From contig OZ242326.1 of the NCBI GenBank assembly GCA_965208325.1, forward strand, positions 1,024,001 to 1,088,000: 64,000 nt of DNA. Direction: 5' to 3'. This document shows, one piece after another, positions 39,429-49,401 of the stretch; the first letter of the stretch is position 1; the number at the start of each line of letters is the position of its first letter. Below the pieces are notes generated by a model. The model did not search any database. It saw only the letters and a list, made by a program, of their open reading frames with translations, and was not told the origin of the DNA. Position numbers and translations under genes: made by a program. The DNA is from Candidatus Poribacteria bacterium. GTDB taxonomy: Bacteria; Poribacteria; WGA-4E; PCPOR2b.

Positions 39429-41393
39429 CTATTGCTTGTCGGTAGTGCCCGTAGCTTTGTCACCAGAGCGGTCGTCAGTATGCTCAACATCTTCTGCTTC
39501 GATGTCGATGATTTTTTCCTCAGCATCCGTATTTTCTGTCTGATTCTCCGTCTCCGTTCCCGCTTCAGCATCACTTTGCCCGTCAGCCGCCGCCTCGGCA
39601 TACATGGCTTCAGCCAACTTGTGGGAAGCTTGCAGCAACGCCTCGGTGTCTGTTTTTATTGTTTCAACATCTTCGCCTTTTAAGCTCTCTTTAAGTTTCT
39701 GAATCGCCGTTTCTATGGTGTTTCGATCCGCTTCAGAAACTTTATCGCCATATTCCTGTAATGATTTTTCCGTGCCATAGACCAGCGAATCGGCTTGGTT
39801 TCGAACTTCAACCGTCTCTTTTCTTTGTTGATCTTCCTCCGCATGAGCTTCACCATCCTTAATCATCTGTTCAATCTCAGTATCCGACAGGCCGCTGGAA
39901 GACTCAATGCGAATTTTCTGTTCCTTACCGGTACCTAAATCTTTCGCCGAGACATGCACAATCCCGTTGGCGTCAATATCAAAGGTGACTTCAATCTGGG
40001 GTACACCGCGCGGTGCGGGGGGAATACCGACCAAATCGAACCGCCCGAGTGTCCGGTTATAGACCGCCATTTCACGTTCGCCCTGCAAGACGTGAATATT
40101 GACAGCCTCTTGGTTGTCAGCGGCTGTCGAAAAAATTTGTGTTTTCTTAGTCGGGATGGTTGTATTTCGTTCAATTAGCCGTGTGAAGACCTGTCCGAGT
40201 GTCTCGATGCCCAATGACAAGGGCGTTACATCAAGCAACAGGACATCTTTGACGCCTTCATCACCGGATAACACCCCGGCCTGAATTGCCGCCCCGATAG
40301 CGACGACTTCGTCCGGATTGACGCCTTTGTGCGGCGCCTTAGTGAATAGCTGTTCAACCATCTCCTGAACTTTGGGCATACGGGTCTGTCCGCCGACGAG
40401 CACGATTTCGTCAATGTCCGAAGGACTCAATTCAGCGTCCGCCATGGCTTGCCGGCAGGGTTCGATTGTCCGTTCAATCAAGTTCATGGTCAGTTGCTCA
40501 AGCTTGGCTCTGGTAAGCGTAATAGTCATATGCTTGGGACCGCTGGCGTCCGCTGTGATAAATGGCAAATTAACTTCCGACTGCAGCGCCGTAGACAGTT
40601 CGCACTTAGCCTTTTCAGCGGCTTCTTTCAGGCGTTGGAGCGCCATTGGATCTTTGCGTAAATCAATGCCATTGTCCTTCAGAAATTCTTCCGCCAACCA
40701 ATCGACGATGCACTGATCGAAATCATCGCCGCCAAGATGCGTGTCTCCATTGGTGCTTTTGACCTCGAAAACGCCATCGCCGATTTCAAGAATTGAGATG
40801 TCAAATGTCCCTCCGCCAAGGTCATAGACCGCGATTTTTTCGTCCGACTTCTTGTCCAGACCGTACACTAGCGAAGCGGCGGTCGGTTCATTGATAATGC
40901 GCAACACTTCCAGCCCCGCGATGCGTCCGGCGTCTTTTGTCGCCTGCCGCTGCGCATCATTAAAATAGGCAGGAACAGTAATCACAGCTTGTGAGACGGC
41001 TTCACCGAGGTAGGCTTCGGCAGTCTCTTTCATCTTTCGCAATGTCATTGCCGATAATTCGAGAGGCGCATATTCTTGGTCGCCGATTTTAACTTTTGCT
41101 TCCTGGTTGGGTCCTGTTACGACTTGATAAGACACCCGCTCAATTTCTTGCGTTACCTCCTCATAACGCCGCCCCATAAAACGCTTGACAGAAAAGACGG
41201 TGTTCTCGGGATTGGTCACAGCTTGCCTTTTTGCAACTTGCCCCACAATTCGTTCGTCATCTTTTGTAAATGCGACCACTGAGGGTGTAGTACGGCTTCC
41301 CTCAGTGTTGGGGATAACCTTCGGTTCACCTCCTTCCAATACTGCGACGCACGAGTTTGTGGTACCAAGGTCTATTCCAATCACTTTACTCAT
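39429..41393 (-). CDS. dnaK: Chaperone DnaK (true start [10 protein letters not shown] at 41393)
   Basis: [25 protein letters not shown]. Confidence 0.98.
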   Translation of the reverse strand: MSKVIGIDLGTTNSCVAVLEGGEPKVIPNTEGSRTTPSVVAFTKDDERIVGQVAKRQAVTNPENTVFSVKRFMGRRYEEVTQEIERVSYQVVTGPNQEAKVKIGDQEYAPLELSAMTLRKMKETAEAYLGEAVSQAVITVPAYFNDAQRQATKDAGRIAGLEVLRIINEPTAASLVYGLDKKSDEKIAVYDLGGGTFDISILEIGDGVFEVKSTNGDTHLGGDDFDQCIVDWLAEEFLKDNGIDLRKDPMALQRLKEAAEKAKCELSTALQSEVNLPFITADASGPKHMTITLTRAKLEQLTMNLIERTIEPCRQAMADAELSPSDIDEIVLVGGQTRMPKVQEMVEQLFTKAPHKGVNPDEVVAIGAAIQAGVLSGDEGVKDVLLLDVTPLSLGIETLGQVFTRLIERNTTIPTKKTQIFSTAADNQEAVNIHVLQGEREMAVYNRTLGRFDLVGIPPAPRGVPQIEVTFDIDANGIVHVSAKDLGTGKEQKIRIESSSGLSDTEIEQMIKDGEAHAEEDQQRKETVEVRNQADSLVYGTEKSLQEYGDKVSEADRNTIETAIQKLKESLKGEDVETIKTDTEALLQASHKLAEAMYAEAAADGQSDAEAGTETENQTENTDAEEKIIDIEAEDVEHTDDRSGDKATGTTDKQ

Positions 41394-42111
41394 TCGATTC
41401 TTCCTCCTTTTCACCTTCATCGTCCGGTGATGTGTTTTCCGTCTGTGGTTTTCCCTTAGAGACCGATACCATAGATGGGCGAATGACCCGGTCGTGCAGC
41501 AGATACCCGCGTTGAAACTCCTCAATTACGGCGTTTTCCTCGACATCTTCAGAGTCAATGTGCATTACTGCTTCGTGGAGATTCGGATCGAACGGCTCAC
41601 CTTGAGCTTCAATCACCGTTACATCTCGCTTTTTGAGTAATTCGCCAAGTTGCTTGTGAATCAGTTGAATGCCTTCGTTCAGAGAATCAAAATCTTTCGA
41701 CTCCTTTGCGGATTCGATACCTCTTTCTATACTGTCCATGACTAAAATTAAATCTTTGATGACGCCTTCGACTGCATACTTAAAGAACTCAGTTTTCTCA
41801 CGCTCCGCGCGTTTTTTTGAATTTTCGTAGTCGGCAATGGTACGAAGCATCCGATCAGACCGATCTTCAAACTCGGCATTCTTGGCTTGTGCGCCATCTA
41901 ACTCCTCTTTCATCCGAGCAAATTCTTCGGCGGAAGGCGCTGCTTCCGACTCGGATTCCGCTTCGTCCACGCTTTCACTAGCATCCTCCGAGGCTTCAGC
42001 TTCAGAGGCTGGCGCTTCGTCCGCCGAATCTGCCTGAACGTCTTTTGCGCCGTCTTCCGATGTAGTGCCTTCGGCTTCCGCCTCTATTTGTACCTCTATT
42101 GTTTCTGACAT
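41386..42111 (-). CDS. grpE: Nucleotide exchange factor GrpE
   Basis: [31 protein letters not shown]. Confidence 0.96.
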   Translation of the reverse strand: MSETIEVQIEAEAEGTTSEDGAKDVQADSADEAPASEAEASEDASESVDEAESESEAAPSAEEFARMKEELDGAQAKNAEFEDRSDRMLRTIADYENSKKRAEREKTEFFKYAVEGVIKDLILVMDSIERGIESAKESKDFDSLNEGIQLIHKQLGELLKKRDVTVIEAQGEPFDPNLHEAVMHIDSEDVEENAVIEEFQRGYLLHDRVIRPSMVSVSKGKPQTENTSPDDEGEKEEESNE

Positions 42112-42152
42112 TTCATCACCTCATATCAATGGATTCAATCACTAATGGCTCA

Positions 42153-43208
42153 TCATACCGCCTTTTGAAGATGTTGACCGATAACATGCGCCGTAAATTT
42201 TACGATTGACACCACACGCGAGTATTCCATCCGCGTTGGTCCGATCACGCCTATGGTGCCGAGTAAATCGCCTTGAACGCTAAAAGTCGACTGGACGACA
42301 CTGCACATCTCCATTCCTTCACACCTATTTTCGCTGCCGATAAGCACCTGAATGTCAGGACTCTCTTTTTTTGGCGAGAGGAGGTCTGCTACTCGTTCTT
42401 TTTGCTCCAAAAAACGAAACAACGGTTCAATTTGTTCCACTTCCAAAAATTCAGGCTGGCCGAAAAAATTGGAAGTGCCGTTTAGATAAACGTGGATTTC
42501 CCTATCCAGCGAAAAGGTGCTGCGCGCCAGCGTTGCGACAGAATCAGACAGATCCTGATCGAAAACCGCTTTTAGATTTTTATGGCTTTGTGAAATTCGT
42601 TGTATCTCCCCCAAGGACAATCCCGCTAACTTTTCATTCAGAATTCGGCTGATTCGTTTGATATCAGCTTTGGATACGCTTTCACGGATGGAAATCACTT
42701 GATTCTTGACAAGCCCTGAATTCGTAATCAATACGACTACTACCCGCTGGGTATCGAGCGGAATGAGTTCCAATCGCCGTAGAATACCATCATGCAATTG
42801 AGGGCTTAAAGCAACTCCGATGTAATGAGAAATTTGAGATAAAATCTTAGAAGTCTGTTCGACGGTTTCAACAATATCGAGTTCCGATGAGTCGTACCAT
42901 TGTCGAATGAATCTACACTCCTCATCCGTTAACCGTTGAGTTGTCATCATATTGTCGACGTACACGCGATAGCCGAGTTCCGTTGGGATTCGCCCCGCCG
43001 ACGTATGCGGTTGCGTCAAGTAGCCATATTCTCCAAGCTGCGCCATCGTATTCCGAATAGTTGCCGGGCTCAATCTCATGTCACATTGCCGAGCAATCGT
43101 CCGGGAGCTGACAGGCTTCGCTGTCCGATTATAGCATGTAATAATCGCTTCAAGCACCTCGCGTTTTCGGGCATTCAGCACAGCGGTTGTCAATGGCGCC
43201 GCCCCCAT
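42153..43208 (-). CDS. hrcA: Heat-inducible transcription repressor HrcA
   Basis: LSPATIRN.M, QPHTSAGRIPT..GYR.YV, IGPTRM.Y; start moved to 43208 because 43235 lies inside CIRCE. Confidence 0.95.
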   Translation of the reverse strand: MGAAPLTTAVLNARKREVLEAIITCYNRTAKPVSSRTIARQCDMRLSPATIRNTMAQLGEYGYLTQPHTSAGRIPTELGYRVYVDNMMTTQRLTDEECRFIRQWYDSSELDIVETVEQTSKILSQISHYIGVALSPQLHDGILRRLELIPLDTQRVVVVLITNSGLVKNQVISIRESVSKADIKRISRILNEKLAGLSLGEIQRISQSHKNLKAVFDQDLSDSVATLARSTFSLDREIHVYLNGTSNFFGQPEFLEVEQIEPLFRFLEQKERVADLLSPKKESPDIQVLIGSENRCEGMEMCSVVQSTFSVQGDLLGTIGVIGPTRMEYSRVVSIVKFTAHVIGQHLQKAV

Positions 43209-43219
43209 CTCTCTTAATG

Positions 43220-43246
43220 TTAGCACTCTTTTCATAAGAGTGCTAA
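43220..43246. promoter_or_regulatory. CIRCE operator
   Basis: Perfect TTAGCACTC-N9-GAGTGCTAA. Confidence 0.97.
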
Positions 43247-43254
43247 ATCGGGTA

Positions 43255-43284
43255 AAGATACCATTTTACCCACCGATGTGTCAA
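43255..43284 (-). promoter_or_regulatory. Sigma70-like promoter of the hrcA operon (TTGACA-N18-TATCTT, extended TG)
   Basis: Lies immediately upstream of CIRCE on the minus strand. Confidence 0.65.
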
Positions 43285-43421
43285 GCCAAAAGGAAAAGAG
43301 TCACATGCCAGCGTCATCGACACGAACCCTTTCTCTCTGCACCTCGAAGACCAGTTTTAATTTGCGCCGCCTTACCGGCCACGCCCATATAAGTAACACT
43401 GCACCCTATCTGTATGCACAC

Positions 43422-44168
43422 TCATCCATGGACTGCATCTGCGAATCTCTTCATTAACGAGAAGGAGTTTTGCTGTTCAATGACGTTTCCTGTCACAATA
43501 AAGTCCGCCCCGGCGTTTACCTTTGCAACAGCCAACTCCGGCGTCGTGATTCCTCCGCCCACTATGATAGGAATAGTAACGTGTTTGCGAACGGCGCCGA
43601 TTAATTCCTCCGGAACGGGTATTCTTGCGCCGCTGCCCGCCTCAAGATAGATGAACTTCATACCGAGATACTCCGCAGCAAGCGCGTGCGCCCACGCAAT
43701 GTCCAATTTATCACGCGGAAGCGGGGCAGTCCCGCTCATAACTTCAACCGACGTAGCAGTACCACCGTCAATAAGCATATACCCTGTGGATATCGCCTCT
43801 ATACCGCAACGGTGAATTAATGGCGCCGCTTTGACCTGCTCGCCGATTAGAAAATTGGCATTCCGGCCGCTGATTAGGCTTAGGTATAATATGGCATCGG
43901 CATGCTGGGATAGGTGCATAGAGTCCCCGGGGAACACAATGACCGGTAAAGACGTCTCGTCCTTCAAGGCTTTTGCAAACGGGTTGAGGTCATTTGTCAA
44001 GAGGCTGCTCCCCAGCAACAGTGCATCAACTCCTGCTTCTTCCGCTTGATGCGCAACATGCATGCAATCGGCGATGGAATGCCGATCGGGGTCTAAGAGC
44101 ACAATGTAGCCTGCTCTGCATCTTGACAGAACATTCAGTAGGTAATCTAAGGTTGAACCTGATTTCAT
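43422..44168 (-). CDS. Geranylgeranylglyceryl phosphate synthase (GGGPS/PcrB family, group II-like)
   Basis: LLDPD, LGSS, FPG, LSLISGRN, GYMLIDGG, YLEAGSGA, VGGGI, VTGN. Confidence 0.92.
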   Translation of the reverse strand: MKSGSTLDYLLNVLSRCRAGYIVLLDPDRHSIADCMHVAHQAEEAGVDALLLGSSLLTNDLNPFAKALKDETSLPVIVFPGDSMHLSQHADAILYLSLISGRNANFLIGEQVKAAPLIHRCGIEAISTGYMLIDGGTATSVEVMSGTAPLPRDKLDIAWAHALAAEYLGMKFIYLEAGSGARIPVPEELIGAVRKHVTIPIIVGGGITTPELAVAKVNAGADFIVTGNVIEQQNSFSLMKRFADAVHG

Positions 44169-44246
44169 GGGGTTAGGTGTTTGGAGATTCGTTTTTTCAA
44201 ATCTGCTCTCGCCGCCATTGAATCTGATGGAATTAGACCGATTGCG

Positions 44247-45440
44247 TCAGAGCCATCCGGAGCGTATGAGATGTCTCAATTCCAGTAGCAAGCGTGGTTG
44301 GTGCATCAACACCGTCTTAAAAATCTGCATCATGTTGACCTTGTCAGGCGGCATCTTTGACACCACCTCCGCACACTTGTCAAAAAGGTCATCACTGAAC
44401 TTAAGCACACCATCTCGTATTCGGCAGACGTGCTTGAAATTACTGCCAATTTCCTTGTCCCACCGGTTTTGATAAGCGCTCAAAATCTTTGCGGACACAT
44501 CTCCAATTCGGATAGCATCGACCGCCGCGTCGGCGGCAAATTGTCCCGAATACATTGCGTTTGCGACCCCGCCGCCAGAAATAGGATCGCTATGGTGCGC
44601 CGCATCGCCAATCAGCATAATCCCGTCACCCACAATCTTGGGCAGACTATTCCCTACCGGCACACAACCGACGACCTGCGCAAGAATTTTTCCGTGCGGA
44701 AATTTTCGTTTGACGAATTCATTTAGATAGTCGATGGCGAGCTTCCCGCCCTTACCGGAGATTGTCCCGCCGATTCCGATGCCGACATTCGCAATGTCAT
44801 CTCCTTTAGGGAAAACCCAGGCATAGCCTCGCGGCGCAAGCTCGCGGCCAAGGTAAAAATCGCAGAAATCGGGGATAATGCCAATCTTAGAAATTAAGTA
44901 TTGGGCGCAAATGTCCACGTCACGTAAATCGTGTGTGCTATCTATGCCCGCCCACCGCGCCACCTGCGATTCAATTCCGTCGGCAGCGATGACGACCTTC
45001 GCCTTACATGAGTAGTCACGTCCGAAATAACGGAATACCACCCCGTTGACGAAACCGCCATCTGACTTGGAAACGGTCGTCGCCCGTGCTTTAACGATAA
45101 TTTCGGCACCCGCATCCGCCGCCATTTCCGCCAAGACTCGATCGAAAACCTTGCGTTCTAAAACATAACCGGCGCCCGGAAAATGGATTGTGGCGGCGGT
45201 TTCGTTGGGAGAAAAGATTCGAGCGCCGTTAATTTCGCGCGAAACCCACGCCGGATCGGGCTGAATAAACTCGCACAGCGACGCTGTACCAATCCCCTCC
45301 GCTCAACGCACCGGCGCGCCAATTTCCTGACGTTTTTCCAACAACAAGACACGCAAGCTATTTTCTGCGGCAACCTTAGCGGCAATTGCACCCCCAGGGC
45401 CGGCACCGACAACAATGACATCATAGTCCGAGTGAACCAT
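44247..45440 (-). CDS. Digeranylgeranylglycerophospholipid/geranylgeranyl reductase, 397 aa, with in-frame TGA at codon 46 (candidate selenocysteine)
   Basis: Manual translation: [17 protein letters not shown]...[17 protein letters not shown]...LERKVFD, continuing in frame into the track ORF 44247-45134 (ADG, GYAWVFP, GDAA..DPISGGG). Confidence 0.88.
45268..45294 (-). promoter_or_regulatory. Candidate bacterial SECIS hairpin
   Basis: mRNA after UGA reads GCGGAGGG-GAUU-G-GUACAGC-GUC-GCUGUGC-G-AGUU; the G-initiated apical loop begins 20 nt after UGA. Confidence 0.6.
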
Positions 45441-45658
45441 CAAAAAAGTCCCCGTCCTTCGTACGCTGGGTAATACACCTTACCGTTTCGTTCTAATGCA
45501 AGCACGCCTACCGGGCAACCTTTGATGCATCGCGCACAGTCGGTGCACTTGGGCTGGTCTATTTTCAGATAGATATCAACGAGATCAATGATGTTCTCAG
45601 GACAGACGGCAACACAAGCCCCACAATAACTACAAAGTTCTTCGTCTATAAGAATCAT
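45440..45658 (-). CDS. 2x[4Fe-4S] ferredoxin
   Basis: [12 protein letters not shown] and [12 protein letters not shown]; its stop overlaps the reductase start (TGATG). Confidence 0.92.
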   Translation of the reverse strand: MILIDEELCSYCGACVAVCPENIIDLVDIYLKIDQPKCTDCARCIKGCPVGVLALERNGKVYYPAYEGRGLF

Positions 45659-45769
45659 CGCATGCCTTTCCCGCTTGAGAACGTAATTTCTACAGTGCGA
45701 GTTTCCTAATATTTGGATTCATTTAACGGTTAATGGTCAACTATTTTTCTTATGATTTTGGTATCGAAG

Positions 45770-46591
45770 TTAATTTACCGATTGAAACTGCCGCCGTCGG
45801 ACGTGTTCAAACAGTATTATTCCAGCGGCGACCGCAACGTTCAACGAGGATTGGCCAGGCGCCATAGGAATCTTGACAAGGTTGGTGCAAAGTTGGAGAA
45901 TTTCTTCCCTGATTCCTTCGTTTTCATTTCCCACCACAATCGCCAAGGGGGTACTAAGTTCCAAATCATACAGGCTCGTGTTCGCCTTGGCGGTGGCACC
46001 GAGAATCTCAAATTCAGCCGAAATCAACTGAGGAAAATAATCTTCCGGTGACTCGCAAAATGCCAGTGAACTGCGCCCAACAGCTCCTCTAGCAGCCCGG
46101 ACACAGTTCTTATGGAAGGGGTTTGCGCCTTCTCCGATGAACACGACGGAATCAACTGCCGCCGCTTCAGCGGTGCGCAGCACCATGCCAAGGTTATCCG
46201 GATTGGTGACACTATCGGCGATTAACAGCGTACTCTCAGCCGGCAGGTGAAGATCTGCCGCGTTCTGGTAATTCATCCAAACCGATGCGATCACGGCTGG
46301 AACCGGTCTCGTGCTGGTAATGGTCCCCATTAGTCCGGCGCTAAGCATAAATGGGGCGAATTTTGCTGCGGCGGAATTATTCAGTAATGCAACCCCCCGC
46401 TCATTCGCCAACAGGTCGGGAGTATAAAGGATTTTGTCAACCGGTAACCTGTCATGAACAGCACGATCGACGAGCGTAACGCCTTCGACCACAAATCTGG
46501 ACGCCTTCATTCTCCCGTTTAGTGAGCTAAGTTTGCGAAATTCAGAGATGATAGGATGCTTTTTACTGTTTATAACCGCTCGGTTCGCCAC
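45770..46591 (-). CDS. TrmH/SpoU family RNA methyltransferase
   Basis: NPDNLG..LR, VVGNENEG, IPM...SSLNVAVA. Confidence 0.9.
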   Translation of the reverse strand: MANRAVINSKKHPIISEFRKLSSLNGRMKASRFVVEGVTLVDRAVHDRLPVDKILYTPDLLANERGVALLNNSAAAKFAPFMLSAGLMGTITSTRPVPAVIASVWMNYQNAADLHLPAESTLLIADSVTNPDNLGMVLRTAEAAAVDSVVFIGEGANPFHKNCVRAARGAVGRSSLAFCESPEDYFPQLISAEFEILGATAKANTSLYDLELSTPLAIVVGNENEGIREEILQLCTNLVKIPMAPGQSSLNVAVAAGIILFEHVRRRQFQSVN

Positions 46592-46597
46592 TTTTGC

Positions 46598-47446
46598 CTA
46601 TGGGGAGGATCCAAGGTAGATTGCCCCCAATCCAATGAAAATGTCCCACTTCATCCATTTTTGAATCTGTGCGCTGTTGGCTCTGGAATCATTCCGCCAA
46701 AGCCGATAGCCTAGATATATTAATACCAAATCCACACCTACGATAACGGTTAAAAGATAATGCCACGAATACCAATTCAGAAAATATGGAATCGGACTGA
46801 ACAATATAACCGCGGCGATAAAGATGAGTGCAATCAGCACGGCAACCCGTTTTCCCCAAACTACAGGAATTGTACGCGCATCGTGCCGGACATCACCCTC
46901 CGTGTCCTCAATGTCTTTAATTATCTCTCTTGCGGTGGTAAACAGTAGCGCAAATACCGCCGGAACGAACGTACCGGAAACAGTCCGCACCGAGGTTCCT
47001 CCTACAATGAAAGTTAAGCCTGTCAGTACCCCAACTAGGAGATTACCGAATAACGGTGTTTGTTTCAAGCAGAACGCGTACAAGACAAGACAACCGGACA
47101 CGGTGACGGTAATTGCCGCAGTATGCAGGTTAACTGTAAACCCAAACAAGATTCCCAGTCCCATCAATGTTATAGAAAACACCATAGCGCCTTGTCGGGA
47201 AATCCTTGCGGACGGAATCGGACGATCGGGTTTGTTAATCCGATCTATCTCGTAGTCACAATAGTCGTTGAGCGCATTGCCCGCCGATAGGAGCAGAAAC
47301 GCCGAACTCGCTGCCAACAACACATTGATATTAGTTACGACGACCCATTCCCCCAACCCGACTGCAAACATCGCTCCGAGATAGACAGAGAAAAAAGCGA
47401 TCAATCCGTTTATTGGACGTGAAAGTTGAAGATAAGCTGTAATCAT
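46598..47446 (-). CDS. Digeranylgeranylglyceryl phosphate synthase-like UbiA prenyltransferase
   Basis: RPIN, AGNALNDYCDYEIDRINKPDRPIPS, AREIIKDIEDTEGD...T.P, matching DGGGPS-type motifs. Confidence 0.85.
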   Translation of the reverse strand: MITAYLQLSRPINGLIAFFSVYLGAMFAVGLGEWVVVTNINVLLAASSAFLLLSAGNALNDYCDYEIDRINKPDRPIPSARISRQGAMVFSITLMGLGILFGFTVNLHTAAITVTVSGCLVLYAFCLKQTPLFGNLLVGVLTGLTFIVGGTSVRTVSGTFVPAVFALLFTTAREIIKDIEDTEGDVRHDARTIPVVWGKRVAVLIALIFIAAVILFSPIPYFLNWYSWHYLLTVIVGVDLVLIYLGYRLWRNDSRANSAQIQKWMKWDIFIGLGAIYLGSSP

Positions 47447-47474
47447 TAGGGCAACAGTTTAATGCGTTGGATTG

Positions 47475-48542
47475 TTACGCTTCGCGGCCCGGATATGTGA
47501 TGCCGAATCTAACGGAATAATACCAGCGAACGAAAATTAGGCTTCCAGCGAGCAAAATTATGTAAAATGGGGCTAAAACACAAGCGATAAGTGAAAGAAT
47601 GAGTATACCTGCCCGTGCCGCGAAGATAATAACCCTTCGTTCTCTCCTGAAGTTCATATAAATGAAAGGCGGTAAACAGAGTAATGCGGTAAATAATGGT
47701 ATCATATCTTTGACCCACCATGCGGCCAAAATTGCGCCCACCAATAGCACCAAGCTCAACAAGCAGGATAGCTTGGCGCCTAATATTACGCCGGTCGTAC
47801 GATCTCCGAACTCACTGTCGCCGTTCAAATCCGGGAGCGTCGTGTTGACAAAGGCTGCCCCCACACACAAGGCATAAGGGATTATCCGCCGCAAGGCTTC
47901 GCCGTTCATCGGCGCTGCTAACCCCCAGCCGATTAAAAATGCGATGCCGCCATAGCCGGCGGCGTTGGCTAGAAGGTCGAGGAAGGGTCTCCCTTTTAAT
48001 CGAACTGGACGAATGGAATAAACGACGCCAAGTAAGATTGAAAGCCCAATTAGGACGAGATAGCTCAGGTTGTTTCTAAACCAGAAACCTGCCCAAACCA
48101 CGGCAGAAACAAGTAACATGCCGGCTTCCAACACAAGCAGCCGAATTTTCACATGTCCCTGCGCAACGAGAAAGAGTTTGTTGTTTGCTGCGTCTGTTTC
48201 TTTGTCACAGATTTGGTTGATGATGTAAATTGCCCCCATCAGCATAGAGTACAAACAGAGGGTACCCAGCAACTCATGATTGGGACGAACCAAAATATTA
48301 AATTTCGGCAGAAATGCGAGCTGTACTGCCCTCAATCCTTCGTATGTAGAAGTGTCAGACAATGCGCCATAATAGCCAAGCAACACAAGGGTCCAAACCG
48401 GCAGCAGCAGTGTTGGACGAAGGACAATTATATAATCCAAAAGATGTATCGCGCTGCGTTTCGTGGGTTGCAGCTTAGTTTGAGTGAGTGAATTTCCCAT
48501 TCCAAATCCGACTGCGCCTGAGATGCCGCGTCCACAATACAT
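47475..48542 (-). CDS. Second, divergent UbiA-family prenyltransferase (start may be 48500)
   Basis: YIINQICDKETDAANNK, YSIRPVRLK.RP, NTTLPDLNGD; multiple TM segments. Confidence 0.8.
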   Translation of the reverse strand: MYCGRGISGAVGFGMGNSLTQTKLQPTKRSAIHLLDYIIVLRPTLLLPVWTLVLLGYYGALSDTSTYEGLRAVQLAFLPKFNILVRPNHELLGTLCLYSMLMGAIYIINQICDKETDAANNKLFLVAQGHVKIRLLVLEAGMLLVSAVVWAGFWFRNNLSYLVLIGLSILLGVVYSIRPVRLKGRPFLDLLANAAGYGGIAFLIGWGLAAPMNGEALRRIIPYALCVGAAFVNTTLPDLNGDSEFGDRTTGVILGAKLSCLLSLVLLVGAILAAWWVKDMIPLFTALLCLPPFIYMNFRRERRVIIFAARAGILILSLIACVLAPFYIILLAGSLIFVRWYYSVRFGITYPGREA

Positions 48543-48564
48543 GGGAATTCTTGCGTATGACGCA

Positions 48565-49401
48565 TCACGCGTAACGTAGTACGTTTAAGTATGCAAAACG
48601 ATTGATGAGTCTGTTTTTTAAGCACTCAAATTTAAAACGGCGTCTTCCCAATAAACCGAGTTTTCCCTGGAAAGATCGAAAGGTGTCACATCGATAGATT
48701 CCCATCCGCGGGAAACGGTACATCGCTTCAAGTGATAACTCCCGGACTGGATCCAAGCTAAACGCGATGCGGTATCCGGCAGATTTCACCAAATCCAATG
48801 TCTCCGCATTCACACTTCCATACGGATATGCGAAACTCCGAACGGGGCGGCCTAGAATATGCTCGAGCCGGTATTTAGATTCCTCGAGCTCTGCGTTTGC
48901 CTCGACCCGGCTGCAATGCGTTAAGAAGCGGTGGTGCAATCCGTGGGACCCAAACCCAATCCCATTTTGGACGAGTGATTTAATTTGGCTTTCGCTTAGA
49001 TGTTTAGGGCGTTTTAAACTGCGCTGCACATCCCACTCATTTAACCGTCCAATGTATGCCGCAATCATAAATACAGTTGCCGTTAAGCCGTATTTTTTCA
49101 GGATCGGGTAGGCGAAATTATAGAAGCTTTCATAGCCGTCATCGAAGGTAATGAGGATTGGATTACATGGCAATGCGGAATGAGATGAGATGAAATGAAT
49201 TAAGCTATCCGGGGTGATAGCGGTATACCCCTGCGCCGCAATAAATCGCATCTGGGACTCAAAAGTTTGCGGAGAAATAGAGTTTACCCCAAGTTCGAAT
49301 TCAACGTCCACTTGATGATAAGCCAGAACAGGAATACACCATTTCATTGGGAGGGGAGTTAGGTGTTTTGAAACTTTTCTACGACCCAGTCGATTCCTCA
49401 T
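48565..49401 (-). CDS. Polysaccharide deacetylase (NodB/CE4)
   Basis: PVLAYH, ITFDDGY, GSHG..H, FAYPYG. Confidence 0.9.
   Translation of the reverse strand: MRNRLGRRKVSKHLTPLPMKWCIPVLAYHQVDVEFELGVNSISPQTFESQMRFIAAQGYTAITPDSLIHFISSHSALPCNPILITFDDGYESFYNFAYPILKKYGLTATVFMIAAYIGRLNEWDVQRSLKRPKHLSESQIKSLVQNGIGFGSHGLHHRFLTHCSRVEANAELEESKYRLEHILGRPVRSFAYPYGSVNAETLDLVKSAGYRIAFSLDPVRELSLEAMYRFPRMGIYRCDTFRSFQGKLGLLGRRRFKFECLKNRLINRFAYLNVLRYA

Noticed and set aside
41394..41525. N-terminal extension of DnaK in the ORF track
   Set aside because: It overlaps grpE; the canonical start is at 41393.
45158..45424. Track ORF suggesting a frameshifted reductase N-terminus
   Set aside because: Wrong frame. 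The real N-terminus is in frame with the downstream ORF and is interrupted only by one TGA.
44247..45440. Genome-wide UGA reassignment as the explanation for the in-frame TGA
   Set aside because: Many genes here end in TGA, Trp is encoded by TGG, and prfB with its UGA frameshift is present.
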